A stretch of 32,000 bases of DNA from Aliivibrio fischeri ES114 (lineage in GTDB: Bacteria > Pseudomonadota > Gammaproteobacteria > Enterobacterales > Vibrionaceae), in the NCBI RefSeq assembly GCF_000011805.1, contig NC_006840.2. One strand, written 5' to 3'. The notes beneath the pieces are model-generated. The model made no database searches and was not told where the DNA came from. It saw only the letters and a program-made list of their open reading frames with translations. The translations under genes were made by a program, and so were the position numbers. Numbering within the stretch: position 1 is the first letter of the stretch; the number at the start of each line of letters is the position of its first letter. Shown one piece after another: positions 21,255 to 32,000 of the stretch.

Positions 21255-21755
21255 ATGGCTAAAGAACAACAACAAGCTACAGATTTGAACGAAAAGCTAA
21301 TTGCTGTTAACCGTGTTTCTAAAACGGTTAAAGGTGGTCGAATCTTTAGTTTTACTGCACTAACAGTTGTTGGTGACGGTAACGGTCGCGTAGGTTTCGG
21401 TTACGGCAAAGCTCGTGAAGTACCTGCTGCGATTCAAAAATCAATGGAAAAAGCACGTCGTAACATGTTTACGATTGCACTTAACGAAGGTACTCTTCAC
21501 CACGCTGTTAAAGGTCGCCACACTGGTTCTAAAGTGTACATGCAACCAGCTGCAGAAGGTACTGGTATCATCGCTGGTGGTGCGATGCGTGCAGTACTAG
21601 AAGTTGTGGGTGTCCGCAACGTACTAGCTAAAGCTTACGGCTCTACTAACCCAATCAACGTTGTTCGCGCAACGATTGCTGGTCTAAGTAGCGTTAAGTC
21701 ACCTGAGATGGTAGCTGCTAAGCGTGGTCTAACTGTTGAATCTATTTCGGAGTAA
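21255..21755 (+). CDS. rpsE: 30S ribosomal protein S5
   Basis: [60 protein letters not shown]... Confidence 0.99.
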
Positions 21756-21760
21756 GAACC

Positions 21761-21940
21761 ATGTCTAAAACTATCAAAGTAACTCAGACTAAAAGCTCAA
21801 TCGGTCGCCTACCTAAGCACATCTTGTGCCTTAAAGGTCTAGGTCTTCGTCGCATCAACCATACAGTAGAAGTTGAAGATACACCGTGTACTCGCGGTAT
21901 GATCAACAAAGTTTACTACATGGTTAAAGTTGAGGAGTAA
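21761..21940 (+). CDS. rpmD: 50S ribosomal protein L30
   Basis: Below the ORF-track size cutoff. Direct translation: [59 protein letters not shown]. Confidence 0.98.
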
Positions 21941-21945
21941 TCAGA

Positions 21946-22380
21946 ATGCGTTTGAATACTCTATCACCGGCTGCTGGCTCTAAACCTTCTAAGAAGCGTG
22001 TAGGTCGTGGTATCGGTTCTGGCCTAGGTAAAACTGGTGGCCGTGGTCACAAAGGCCAAAAATCACGCTCTGGCGGTAAAGTTCGCGCTGGTTTTGAAGG
22101 CGGTCAAATGCCTCTAAAACAACGTCTACCTAAATTTGGCTTTACTTCACGTAAGAGCCTAGTAACTGCAGAAGTTCGTCTAAGCGAACTTGCTAAAGTT
22201 GAAGGTAACGTAATCGATCTAAACAGCCTTAAAGCTGCTAACGTAATCACTAAGAACATTGAGTTCGCGAAAGTTGTACTTTCTGGTGAAATCGCTACTG
22301 CTGTAACTGTTAAAGGTCTACGCGTAACGAAAGGCGCTAAAGCTGCGATCGAAGCTGCAGGCGGTAAGATCGAGGAATAA
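21946..22380 (+). CDS. rplO: 50S ribosomal protein L15
   Basis: [46 protein letters not shown]... Confidence 0.99.
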   Translation: MRLNTLSPAAGSKPSKKRVGRGIGSGLGKTGGRGHKGQKSRSGGKVRAGFEGGQMPLKQRLPKFGFTSRKSLVTAEVRLSELAKVEGNVIDLNSLKAANVITKNIEFAKVVLSGEIATAVTVKGLRVTKGAKAAIEAAGGKIEE

Positions 22381-22400
22381 TCCTCGAAGGATGAGGTACA

Positions 22401-23732
22401 ATGGCAAAGAAACCAGGAAAAGAAGTAAATAGTGCTCAGAGCGGCCTAGCTGAACTGAAATCGCGTCTGTTATTTGTTATAGGTGCGCTTTTAGTGTTCC
22501 GAGCAGGCTCATTTGTGCCAATTCCTGGGATTGACGCTGCTGTCCTTGCTGATCTTTTCGAACAGCAGCAGGGTACCATCATTGAACTGTTTAACATGTT
22601 CTCTGGTGGTGCACTGTCGCGTGCCTCAATTCTAGCTCTAGGTATTATGCCGTACATTTCGGCATCTATCGTTGTTCAGCTGTTAACAGTTGTTCATCCA
22701 CCTCTAGCTGAATTGAAAAAAGAAGGTGAGTCTGGTCGTCGTAAGATTAATCAGTACACACGTTATGGCACCTTGGTGCTGGCTACATTCCAAGCAATTG
22801 GTATTGCAACCGGTCTACCAAGCATGATTCCAGGGTTAGTTGCTAACCCTGACATGATGTTCTATCTGACAGCTACAGTAAGTTTAGTAACTGGTACCAT
22901 GTTCTTAATGTGGTTAGGTGAACAAATTACTGAGCGTGGCATCGGTAACGGTATATCTTTGATTATTTTCACAGGTATCGTTGCAGGTTTACCACCAGCT
23001 ATCGGTGAAACGATCCAGCAGGCGCGTCAAGGTGAACTGCACGTGCTTCTTCTATTACTAATTGCAGTGATCTCATTTGCAGTTATCTACTTTGTAGTGT
23101 TCATGGAGCGTGGTCAACGTCGTATCGTCGTTAACTATGCAAAACGTCAGCAAGGCCGTAAGGTATTTGCAGCTCAAAGTACTCACTTGCCACTTAAAAT
23201 TAATATGGCTGGTGTGATTCCTGCAATTTTTGCATCAAGTATTATACTATTCCCTGGGACATTGGCTCAGTGGTTTGGTGGTAACGGTGAAGGAACATTC
23301 GGTTGGTTAACTGATGTTTCAATGGCATTAAGTCCAGGTCAACCGTTATACGTAATGCTTTATGCAGCAGCAATTATCTTCTTCTGTTTCTTCTATACTG
23401 CGTTGGTGTTTAACCCGCGTGAAACAGCTGATAACTTGAAGAAGTCTGGTGCATTCGTACCCGGAATCCGCCCAGGTGAACAGACTACGAAATACATCGA
23501 TAAAGTTATGACACGTCTAACCCTTGCTGGTGCGATGTACATTACCTTTATCTGTCTGATTCCCGAGTTTATGATGATCGCTTGGAACGTACGCTTCTAT
23601 TTTGGCGGTACTTCCCTACTAATCGTAGTTGTTGTTATCATGGACTTTATGGCACAGGTTCAGACTCATCTGATGTCTCAACAGTATGAGTCCGTGTTGA
23701 AGAAGGCTAATCTGAAAGGCTACGGTCGTTAA
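22401..23732 (+). CDS. secY: Preprotein translocase subunit SecY
   Basis: 443-aa multi-pass membrane protein, [56 protein letters not shown]... Confidence 0.99.
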   Translation: MAKKPGKEVNSAQSGLAELKSRLLFVIGALLVFRAGSFVPIPGIDAAVLADLFEQQQGTIIELFNMFSGGALSRASILALGIMPYISASIVVQLLTVVHPPLAELKKEGESGRRKINQYTRYGTLVLATFQAIGIATGLPSMIPGLVANPDMMFYLTATVSLVTGTMFLMWLGEQITERGIGNGISLIIFTGIVAGLPPAIGETIQQARQGELHVLLLLLIAVISFAVIYFVVFMERGQRRIVVNYAKRQQGRKVFAAQSTHLPLKINMAGVIPAIFASSIILFPGTLAQWFGGNGEGTFGWLTDVSMALSPGQPLYVMLYAAAIIFFCFFYTALVFNPRETADNLKKSGAFVPGIRPGEQTTKYIDKVMTRLTLAGAMYITFICLIPEFMMIAWNVRFYFGGTSLLIVVVVIMDFMAQVQTHLMSQQYESVLKKANLKGYGR

Positions 23733-23762
23733 TTTCAGGTTCCAATTTTACGGAGTTTAGCA

Positions 23763-23876
23763 ATGAAAGTTCGTGCTTCCGTTAAAAAAATCTGCCGCAA
23801 CTGTAAAGTTATTAAGCGCAACGGTGTTGTGCGTGTAATTTGCGTTGAACCAAAGCATAAGCAACGCCAAGGTTAA
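23763..23876 (+). CDS. rpmJ: 50S ribosomal protein L36
   Basis: Below the ORF-track cutoff. Direct translation: [37 protein letters not shown]. Confidence 0.98.
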   Translation: MKVRASVKKICRNCKVIKRNGVVRVICVEPKHKQRQG

Positions 23877-23907
23877 TTAGCAGAAATTTTTACTTGATAT
23901 ATTAAGT

Positions 23908-23938
23908 TAGGCCGAGTATTATTCTCGGCCTACCTTTT
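23908..23938 (+). terminator. Terminator-like hairpin between rpmJ and rpsM
   Basis: TAGGCCGAG (23908-23916) / CTCGGCCTA (23924-23932) is a perfect 9-bp stem followed by CCTTTT. Confidence 0.65.
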
Positions 23939-23960
23939 GTGTGCAAAAGAAGTAGTTATA

Positions 23961-24032
23961 GTCGCAACGTATCCTCAACGGGCTTTGTTGCGGCTCTTCT
24001 TAAGAAAAAGTACTAGGAGTGAATAGTGGCCC
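23961..24032 (+). promoter_or_regulatory. Alpha operon leader (S4-binding pseudoknot / ribosome binding site region)
   Basis: GTATCCTCAACGGGCTTTGTTGC...TAGGAGTGAATAGTGGCCCG resembles the E. coli alpha leader (GTATCCTGAAAACGGGCTTTTCAGC...TAGGAGTGCATAGTGGCCCG, from memory) with spacing changes. Confidence 0.7.
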
Positions 24033-24382
24033 GTATAGCAGGCATTAACATTCCTGATCATAAACATGCTGTAATCGCTTTAACAGCGATCTACGGTATC
24101 GGTAAAACTCGCTCTCAAGCTATCCTAGCTGAAGTGGGTATTGCTGAAGATGTTAAGATCAGTGAACTGAATGATGAGCAGATTGATATTCTGCGTGATG
24201 GTGTTGCCAAATACACTGTAGAAGGCGACCTACGTCGTGAAGTATCGATGAACATTAAGCGTCTTATGGACCTTGGTTGTTATCGTGGTCTTCGTCACCG
24301 TCGCAGTCTACCGTTACGTGGACAGCGTACTAAAACCAACGCACGTACCCGTAAAGGTCCGCGCAAGCCGATCAAAAAATAA
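24026..24382 (+). CDS. rpsM: 30S ribosomal protein S13
   Basis: GTG start; [39 protein letters not shown]... Confidence 0.99.
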   Translation: MARIAGINIPDHKHAVIALTAIYGIGKTRSQAILAEVGIAEDVKISELNDEQIDILRDGVAKYTVEGDLRREVSMNIKRLMDLGCYRGLRHRRSLPLRGQRTKTNARTRKGPRKPIKK

Positions 24383-24793
<411 letters not shown>

Positions 24794-24824
24794 GTTTCGT
24801 TTCTAGGAATATTGGAGAAAGAAC

Positions 24825-25445
24825 ATGGCAAGATATTTGGGTCCTAAGCTGAAGCTTAGCCGTCGCGAAGGCACAGATTTATTCCTTAAATCTGGTGTAC
24901 GTGCGATCGATACCAAGTGTAAAATTGATAACGCTCCAGGTGTACACGGCGCTCGTCGCGGTCGTCTATCTGAATATGGCGTTCAGCTTCGTGAGAAGCA
25001 AAAAGTTCGTCGTATGTACGGCGTTCTAGAAAAACAATTCCGTAACTACTATAAAGATGCTGCTCGCCTTAAAGGCAACACAGGTGAAAACCTGCTTCAG
25101 CTTCTTGAAGGTCGTCTAGATAACGTAGTTTACCGTATGGGCTTTGGCGCAACTCGTGCTGAATCTCGCCAACTAGTTAGCCATAAGTCTATCCTAGTTA
25201 ATGGTAAAGTTGTTAACGTTCCTTCTTTCAAAGTTGCGGCTAACGACGTTGTTTCAATCCGTGAAAAAGCTAAACAGCAATCACGTATTAAAGCTGCTCT
25301 AGAAGTTGCTGAACAACGCGAAAAACCAACTTGGATTGAAGTAGATGCTGGCAAAATGGAAGGTACGTTTAAGCGTCTTCCAGAACGTTCTGATTTGTCT
25401 GCCGACATCAACGAACACTTGATCGTCGAGCTTTACTCTAAGTAA
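24825..25445 (+). CDS. rpsD: 30S ribosomal protein S4
   Basis: [59 protein letters not shown]... Confidence 0.99.
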   Translation: MARYLGPKLKLSRREGTDLFLKSGVRAIDTKCKIDNAPGVHGARRGRLSEYGVQLREKQKVRRMYGVLEKQFRNYYKDAARLKGNTGENLLQLLEGRLDNVVYRMGFGATRAESRQLVSHKSILVNGKVVNVPSFKVAANDVVSIREKAKQQSRIKAALEVAEQREKPTWIEVDAGKMEGTFKRLPERSDLSADINEHLIVELYSK

Positions 25446-25468
25446 GGCTTAAATAAAGAGAGGACACA

Positions 25469-26458
25469 ATGCAGGGTTCTGTAACAGAATTTCTAAAGCC
25501 ACGTCTTGTTGACATTGAACAAGTCAGCACGACTCATGCAAAAGTAACTCTTGAGCCGTTAGAGCGTGGTTTCGGCCACACTCTAGGTAACGCTCTACGT
25601 CGTATTTTACTATCTTCAATGCCGGGTTGTGCCGTAACTGAAGTGGAAATCGAAGGCGTATTACACGAGTACAGCACCAAAGAAGGTGTTCAGGAAGATA
25701 TCCTTGAAATCCTTCTGAACCTTAAAGGCCTAGCCGTTAAGGTTGAGGGTAAAGATGAAGTTATCATTACTCTTAACAAGTCTGGTGCAGGCCCTGTTGT
25801 TGCAGGTGACATCACCCATGATGGTGATGTTGAGATTGCGAACCCAGAGCACGTAATCTGCCACTTGACTGATGACAATGCTGAAATCAGCATGAGAATC
25901 AAGGTAGAGCGTGGTCGCGGCTACGTACCATCAACAGCTCGTATCCATACTGAAGAAGATGAGCGTCCAATTGGTCGTCTGCTTGTCGATGCAACTTACA
26001 GCCCAGTAGATAAAATTTCTTACGCGGTTGAAGCGGCACGTGTTGAGCAACGTACTGACTTAGACAAACTTGTTATCGATATGGAAACAAATGGTACGCT
26101 TGATCCTGAGGAAGCTATCCGTCGTGCAGCTACAATTTTAGCTGAGCAACTGGATGCATTCGTAGATCTTCGTGATGTACGTGTTCCTGAAGAAAAAGAA
26201 GAGAAGCCAGAGTTCGATCCGATCCTACTGCGTCCTGTAGACGATCTTGAACTAACGGTTCGCTCTGCTAACTGTTTGAAAGCAGAAGCGATTCACTACA
26301 TTGGTGATCTGGTGCAGCGCACTGAGGTTGAGTTACTTAAAACTCCAAACCTTGGTAAGAAATCTTTAACTGAAATTAAAGATGTTCTAGCTTCACGTGG
26401 ACTTTCTTTAGGTATGCGCCTAGAGAACTGGCCACCAGCGTCTATCGCTGAAGATTAA
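25469..26458 (+). CDS. rpoA: DNA-directed RNA polymerase subunit alpha
   Basis: [64 protein letters not shown]... Confidence 0.99.
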   Translation: MQGSVTEFLKPRLVDIEQVSTTHAKVTLEPLERGFGHTLGNALRRILLSSMPGCAVTEVEIEGVLHEYSTKEGVQEDILEILLNLKGLAVKVEGKDEVIITLNKSGAGPVVAGDITHDGDVEIANPEHVICHLTDDNAEISMRIKVERGRGYVPSTARIHTEEDERPIGRLLVDATYSPVDKISYAVEAARVEQRTDLDKLVIDMETNGTLDPEEAIRRAATILAEQLDAFVDLRDVRVPEEKEEKPEFDPILLRPVDDLELTVRSANCLKAEAIHYIGDLVQRTEVELLKTPNLGKKSLTEIKDVLASRGLSLGMRLENWPPASIAED

Positions 26459-26491
26459 TCAGTTCACTAATTATCTAGTTAGAAGGATTAG

Positions 26492-26875
<384 letters not shown>

Positions 26876-26892
26876 TCAGAATAAGCTTTAAG

Positions 26893-26923
26893 AAAAAACC
26901 GAGTCTTAGGACTCGGTTTTTTT
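26893..26923. terminator. Bidirectional Rho-independent terminator between convergent rplQ and fbp
   Basis: AAAAAACCGAGTC-TTAG-GACTCGGTTTTTTT, a symmetric stem with flanking A-tract and T-tract. Confidence 0.92.
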
Positions 26924-26961
26924 GTATTTGGACATTATAAATTACTGTTCTAATTTATTAA

Positions 26962-27972
26962 TTAATCTCGCCATTCATCTAAAAACGCATGAACTTTATT
27001 GACCATATTTGTTGAACCAACAAAGAAAGGCACTCGTTGATGTAGTTCGCTTGGTTTTATATCTAAGATACGCTGTTCACCATCGGTCGCTTTACCACCT
27101 GCCTCTTCAATGAGCATCGCCATTGGATTACATTCATACAGTAATCTTAACTTTCCATTGGGGTAAGCTTGAGTACTTGGGTAAAGATAAATACCACCTT
27201 TTAGAAGGTTTCTGTGAAAATCGGCAACTAAAGAACCGATATAACGTGAAGTGTATGGGCGATTGTCTTCAGGTTTACTTTCTTGGCAGAATTTAAGGTA
27301 TTGTTTAATGCCTTCAGGGAAGCGAATGTAATTACCTTCATTTATAGAATAGATATTACCGTCTTTTGGGATTTGCATATTTTCGTGAGATAAGCAGAAA
27401 ACACCAAGTGAAGGGTCGTAAGTAAAACCATGAACACCATTTCCTGTGGTATAAACAAGCATGGTTGATGAACCGTAAATAATGTAACCAGCAGCAACTT
27501 GTTTATGACCCGGTTGCAGGAAATCTTCTTCAGTAGCCGGTGTTCCAATTGGTGAAATACGACGATATATAGAAAAGATAGTACCAACAGAAACATTAAC
27601 ATCAATATTTGAAGAACCATCCAATGGATCCATTAATACAACGTATTTTGCGTTTTTGTTGAGCTCCTTATTAAAAGCAACTGCTTCATCTTCTTCTTCA
27701 CTAGCGACACCACAGACTTGATCACGAGCTTCAAGTGCTGATTTAAATTTATCATTAGCGTAAACATCTAATTTTTGTTGCTGTTCACCTTGAATATTCT
27801 CTTCACCAGATGCACCTGTAATATCAACTAATCCGGCTTTATTAATCTCGCGGTTAACGATTTTTGCTGCTAACTTGATTGAGCCTATTAATGAAGACAG
27901 TTCACCACTTGCATGAGGGAAGTCATGTTGTTTAGCGACAATGAACTCACCTAAAGTTCTTATTTCAGACAT
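26962..27972 (-). CDS. fbp: Class 1 fructose-1,6-bisphosphatase
   Basis: [48 protein letters not shown]...[28 protein letters not shown]. Confidence 0.98.
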   Translation of the reverse strand: MSEIRTLGEFIVAKQHDFPHASGELSSLIGSIKLAAKIVNREINKAGLVDITGASGEENIQGEQQQKLDVYANDKFKSALEARDQVCGVASEEEDEAVAFNKELNKNAKYVVLMDPLDGSSNIDVNVSVGTIFSIYRRISPIGTPATEEDFLQPGHKQVAAGYIIYGSSTMLVYTTGNGVHGFTYDPSLGVFCLSHENMQIPKDGNIYSINEGNYIRFPEGIKQYLKFCQESKPEDNRPYTSRYIGSLVADFHRNLLKGGIYLYPSTQAYPNGKLRLLYECNPMAMLIEEAGGKATDGEQRILDIKPSELHQRVPFFVGSTNMVNKVHAFLDEWRD

Positions 27973-28156
27973 AGTTATTCCTTTAATTCTCTGTTATTAG
28001 ATATCAACGCGAAGTCGGGTCAGGTACTGATTTATTTTTATAGTAGTTGTGTTACTGTTTGCTGTAATTCATTCTATAGCATAGAACTTTTTAAGAGTAT
28101 TGAAGTAACTTTGTATAAAAGTTGCTCACTTAATTTAATATAAGACGGTTTTTATT

Positions 28157-29536
28157 ATGCATATTCATATCCTTGGAATTTGTGGAACATTCATGGGTGG
28201 TGCTGCAACACTAGCACGTCAACTCGGACATAAAGTAACTGGTTGTGATGCTAACGTTTATCCACCAATGAGCACATTATTAGAGTCTCAAGGCATTGAG
28301 ATTATTGAAGGCTTTGATCCAAGCCAGTTAGACCCTGCACCTGATTTAGTCGTCATTGGTAATGCCATGAGTCGTGGAAATCCATGTGTTGAATATGTAT
28401 TAGATAAGAATCTTAAATACACATCAGGTCCTCAATGGTTACAAGAGTTTTTACTGCAAGATCGTTGGGTGATGGCGGTTGCAGGTACACACGGTAAAAC
28501 AACAACATCAAGTATGTTAGCTTGGGTACTAGAAGAGTGTGGTTACAAGCCAGGCTTCTTAGTCGGCGGTGTATTAGGTAATTTTGGTGAGTCAGCTCGC
28601 TTAGGCGAAAGCATGTTCTTTGTTGTTGAAGCAGATGAATATGACAGTGCTTTTTTTGATAAACGTTCAAAGTTTGTTCATTACCGTCCTCGTACGCTTG
28701 TATTAAACAATCTTGAGTTTGACCATGCCGATATTTTTGATGACTTGGCAGCGATTCAGCGTCAATTCCATCACTTAATCAGAACGGTTCCAAGTACTGG
28801 TCGCATTTTTGCACCTAAGCAAGATAAACCTTTAGAGCAAGTATTAGAACAAGGCTGCTGGAGTGAATTAGAGTTCACTGGTGAAGATGGTCAATGGAAA
28901 GCCATCAAACTTCAAAAAGATGGTAGTCAGTTTGATGTCTATTTTGAGGGTGAAAACGTTGGGCAAGTTAATTGGGACTTAGTTGGCGATCACAACGTAA
29001 GTAATGCGCTTATGGTCGTCGCTTCTGCACGCCACGTAGGTGTTACTCCTGATTTAGCTTGTGAAGCTTTGGGTAAATTTATCAATACTAAGCGTCGTCT
29101 TGAGTTGAAAGGCGAAGTAAATGGTGTGACGGTTTATGATGACTTTGCTCATCACCCAACAGCTATTGATCTAACATTAAATGGTCTACGTAATAAAGTT
29201 GGTGATAAAAAGATTATTGCCGTATTAGAACCTCGCTCAAGCACAATGAAGCTTGGCGTTCATAAAGATACATTAGCGGCTTCACTGCATGCCGCAGATT
29301 CAGTTTATCTCTATCAACCAGATAATATCGCATGGTCTGTTGATGACGTTGCACAACAATGTACTCAACCTGCTCACACGCATAATAACATTGATGCGTT
29401 CGTTGATATGATAGTGAACGAAGCACAGCCTGGTGATCAAATTTTGGTAATGAGCAATGGTGGCTTTGAAGGTATTCACGGTAAATTGCTTTCAGGCTTA
29501 GGTGATGCCGTAAAACATATAGAAATGGTGGATTAA
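28157..29536 (+). CDS. mpl: UDP-N-acetylmuramate:L-alanyl-gamma-D-glutamyl-meso-diaminopimelate ligase (murein recycling)
   Basis: [43 protein letters not shown]...[24 protein letters not shown]; 459 aa, Mur ligase family, typical Mpl N-terminus. Confidence 0.97.
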   Translation: MHIHILGICGTFMGGAATLARQLGHKVTGCDANVYPPMSTLLESQGIEIIEGFDPSQLDPAPDLVVIGNAMSRGNPCVEYVLDKNLKYTSGPQWLQEFLLQDRWVMAVAGTHGKTTTSSMLAWVLEECGYKPGFLVGGVLGNFGESARLGESMFFVVEADEYDSAFFDKRSKFVHYRPRTLVLNNLEFDHADIFDDLAAIQRQFHHLIRTVPSTGRIFAPKQDKPLEQVLEQGCWSELEFTGEDGQWKAIKLQKDGSQFDVYFEGENVGQVNWDLVGDHNVSNALMVVASARHVGVTPDLACEALGKFINTKRRLELKGEVNGVTVYDDFAHHPTAIDLTLNGLRNKVGDKKIIAVLEPRSSTMKLGVHKDTLAASLHAADSVYLYQPDNIAWSVDDVAQQCTQPAHTHNNIDAFVDMIVNEAQPGDQILVMSNGGFEGIHGKLLSGLGDAVKHIEMVD

Positions 29537-29538
29537 AC

Positions 29539-30156
29539 ATGAGTAAACAAAAAGCAATTACGTTAGCTATGACAGGGGCTTCAGGAGCGCCTTATGGATT
29601 GCGTTTGCTCGAGTGTTTACTTGCTGCTGATTATCACGTGTATTTTCTTATCTCTTCTGCTGCTAGAGTTGTAATGGCGACAGAACATGATTTGAAATTA
29701 CCAAGTGGACCTGATGCTATGAAAGCGGCATTAGTTGAACACTTAGGTTGTAATGCAGATAAGCTAACTGTTTGTGGTAAAGAGGACTGGTTTTCTCCTG
29801 TAGCTTCTGGTTCTGCTGCGCCTAAACAAATGATTGTCTGCCCATGTTCAGCTGGTAGTGTTGCTTCAATTGCTCATGGTATTTCTGATAATTTAATCGA
29901 AAGAGCGGCTGATGTGGTTTTAAAAGAACGAGGTCAGCTGATTCTTGTGGTTCGAGAGGCGCCATTCTCAACATTACATTTAGAGAATATGCTTAAGTTG
30001 TCGCAAATAGGGGCGACAATTATGCCTGCTGCCCCAGGTTTTTATCATCAACCCAAATCCATTGAAGATTTAATCGATTTTATGGTAGCAAGAATTTTGG
30101 ATCATTTAGGTGTAGAGCAAGGGCTTGTACCTCGCTGGGGTTATGACCATCGATAG
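29539..30156 (+). CDS. ubiX: Flavin prenyltransferase UbiX
   Basis: [40 protein letters not shown]... and a [41 protein letters not shown]-terminus. Confidence 0.96.
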   Translation: MSKQKAITLAMTGASGAPYGLRLLECLLAADYHVYFLISSAARVVMATEHDLKLPSGPDAMKAALVEHLGCNADKLTVCGKEDWFSPVASGSAAPKQMIVCPCSAGSVASIAHGISDNLIERAADVVLKERGQLILVVREAPFSTLHLENMLKLSQIGATIMPAAPGFYHQPKSIEDLIDFMVARILDHLGVEQGLVPRWGYDHR

Positions 30157-30208
30157 CTGCACAATAAAAGCTCTGGCTCATTAAGCTATTCACACTTACA
30201 ATACGACT

Positions 30209-30306
30209 TCTCATCGGGGAGCTTTGGCTGAGATTAATGAAGATTGGATAATGTTCATTTAAACCCGTATCACCTGAACCAGATAATGCTGGCGTAGGAA
30301 TTGAGA
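30209..30306 (+). promoter_or_regulatory. TPP (THI element) riboswitch upstream of thiB
   Basis: P1 TCTCA/TGAGA encloses CATCGGGGAGC, GGCTGAGA, and ACCCGTATCACCTGAACCAGATAATGCTGGCGTAGGAA, matching the conserved thi-box core. Confidence 0.95.
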
Positions 30307-30370
30307 TGACATTCTCCTATGAGTATTTCAACTCTAGCCTGTGCCGCTCAAAAGGACGAAAGAGCGCATA

Positions 30371-31387
30371 ATGAAAACAACAGTAACTTCACTTCCAGTT
30401 AAAAAACTATCTCTCGCTATTGCATTAGCAAGCATCTCTTCTTTTTCTGTGTCCGCGTCAGAAACACTAACGGTATACACTTATGATTCATTTGCAGCGG
30501 ATTGGGGGCCAGGACCTAAAGTTGAAGCGGCATTTGAAGCTAAATGTGGCTGTAATTTAGAGCTGGTTGCATTAGATGATGGCGTATCAATTTTGAATCG
30601 TCTACGTCTTGAAGGAAAGAATGCTAAAGCTGATATTGTATTGGGTTTAGATAATAACTTAATGGCGGAAGCGAAAAAAACTGGGTTACTCGCTCAACAT
30701 CAAATCGATACAAGTTCGGTACATTTACCTAATGGGTGGAGTGATACAACGTTTATTCCTTATGACTTTGGTTATTTTGCTTTTGTTTACAACAAGGAGA
30801 AAGTAACTAATCCTCCAAAGAGCCTAAAAGAGTTGGTTGAACAGCGCAACGATTTAAAAGTTATTTATCAAGATCCTCGAACTTCAACGCCGGGGCAAGG
30901 CTTATTACTCTGGATGAAATCTGTTTATGGGGATGATGCCGCTCAAGCATGGAAGCAATTATCTAAAAAAACAGTGACGGTAACAAAAGGCTGGTCAGAA
31001 GCTTATAGTATGTTTTTAGAGGGAGAGTCGGATCTCGTTTTATCTTATACAACATCGCCGGCTTACCATATTATTGCTGAAAAAGATCAACGATTTGCTG
31101 CCGCTAATTTTTCAGAAGGCCATTACACTCAAGTTGAAGTTGCGGCAAAAGTTAAATCTACAAAACACAATAAACTTGCCGACGAGTTTTTAGCATTCAT
31201 ATTAAGTGATGAGTTTCAATCTGCGATGCCAACAGGAAACTGGATGTACCCAGTAACTAAAGTTGAACTACCAAAGGGATTTGAAACATTGACGGTACCT
31301 AATAAAGCATTGTCATTTAGCTCTGAAGACATCGCACAAAAGCGTAAATCTTGGATCCGTGAATGGCAACATGCGTTAACTTTTTAA
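30371..31387 (+). CDS. thiB: Thiamine/TPP ABC transporter substrate-binding protein
   Basis: MKTTVTSLPVKKLSLAIALASISSFSVSASETLTVYTYDSFAADWGPGPKVEAAFEAKCGCNLELVALDDG... Start set at ATG 30371 (signal peptide), not GTG 30341. Confidence 0.95.
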   Translation: MKTTVTSLPVKKLSLAIALASISSFSVSASETLTVYTYDSFAADWGPGPKVEAAFEAKCGCNLELVALDDGVSILNRLRLEGKNAKADIVLGLDNNLMAEAKKTGLLAQHQIDTSSVHLPNGWSDTTFIPYDFGYFAFVYNKEKVTNPPKSLKELVEQRNDLKVIYQDPRTSTPGQGLLLWMKSVYGDDAAQAWKQLSKKTVTVTKGWSEAYSMFLEGESDLVLSYTTSPAYHIIAEKDQRFAAANFSEGHYTQVEVAAKVKSTKHNKLADEFLAFILSDEFQSAMPTGNWMYPVTKVELPKGFETLTVPNKALSFSSEDIAQKRKSWIREWQHALTF

Positions 31388-31428
31388 TTGGTGTAATAAG
31401 GAGCCACTAGTGCTCCTTTATTTTATTC

Positions 31429-32000
31429 ATGAAATCTCGAACTTTATTTAATTCCACGCCTTTATTCGGCTATATCGTTGCAGCCATTATTCTCTGCTTC
31501 GTTGGTGGTGCAATTAGTGCGCTTTTAATCGAATCTCCGAGTTTAGATTTACGTATTATTTGGTCTGATCCTTATTACCGCTACATCACTCAATTTAGTT
31601 TATACCAAGCATTTTTATCAACCATAATCAGTATTGGTTTGGCTATACCAACAGCCTATGCTTTATCTCGCCGTCAATTTATTGGGCGTGGATTATTACT
31701 AAAACTCTGTGCAACGACGTTAGTATTACCAGTGCTTGTGGGGGTTTTTGGTTTATTAGCTATTTATGGGAACAGTGGATTAATCGCTGATGTTTTTACT
31801 TGGTTTGGCGCATCGTTACCATTTTCGATTTATGGCCTAAATGGCATTTTATTGGCTCATGTTTTTTTTAATTTCCCTTTTGCAACTCGGCTGTTACTGC
31901 AATCATTAGATTCTATTTCCATTGAACAACATCAGTTATCTGCACACCTTGGATTAATGGGGTGGAGTAAGTATCGTCTTGTTGCATGGCCGAGAATAAA
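31429..32000 (+). CDS. thiP: Thiamine/TPP ABC transporter permease, N-terminal part (runs off the right edge of the window)
   Basis: Open frame MKSRTLFNSTPLFGYIVAAIILCFVGGAISALLIESPSLDLRIIWSDPYYRYITQFSLYQAFLSTIISIGLAIPTAYALSRRQFIGRGLLLKLCATTLVLPVLVGVFGLLAIYGNSG. It directly follows thiB and is absent from the ORF track because it is open at the edge. Confidence 0.93.
   Translation, partial: MKSRTLFNSTPLFGYIVAAIILCFVGGAISALLIESPSLDLRIIWSDPYYRYITQFSLYQAFLSTIISIGLAIPTAYALSRRQFIGRGLLLKLCATTLVLPVLVGVFGLLAIYGNSGLIADVFTWFGASLPFSIYGLNGILLAHVFFNFPFATRLLLQSLDSISIEQHQLSAHLGLMGWSKYRLVAWPRI

Noticed and set aside
28413-29540. Minus-strand ORFs of 85 and 108 aa opposite mpl
   Set aside because: Antisense shadows of a clearly intact mpl gene.

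Overview
This is an ordinary chromosomal core-genome window from a marine Vibrionaceae bacterium. The gene order and protein sequences look like Aliivibrio or Photobacterium, but that assignment is inference. From left to right it contains: the 5' end of an ABC-F ATPase (yheS, minus strand); kefG-kefB-yheV; slyD with an apparent 1-nt frameshift in its metal-binding tail; slyX and a WD40-repeat lipoprotein (minus strand); fkpA; yheO; tusDCB; then an uninterrupted str-S10-spc-alpha ribosomal block of about 18.5 kb (rpsL-rpsG-fusA-tuf, rpsJ to rpsQ, rplN to rpmJ, rpsM to rplQ). This is followed by fbp (minus strand), mpl, ubiX, a TPP riboswitch, thiB and a truncated thiP. I found no convincing previously undescribed multigene system, mobile gene cassette, tRNA/rRNA or CRISPR array. 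The items worth a second look are small. They are the slyD tail frameshift, an inverted pair of short GA-rich repeats around the slyD/slyX terminator, a 92-bp imperfect palindromic element between the WD40 gene and fkpA, a 19-bp tandem microduplication at the tusD stop codon, a terminator-like hairpin plus structured spacer between rpsG and fusA, and a hairpin that captures the only good Shine-Dalgarno sequence between thiB and thiP.
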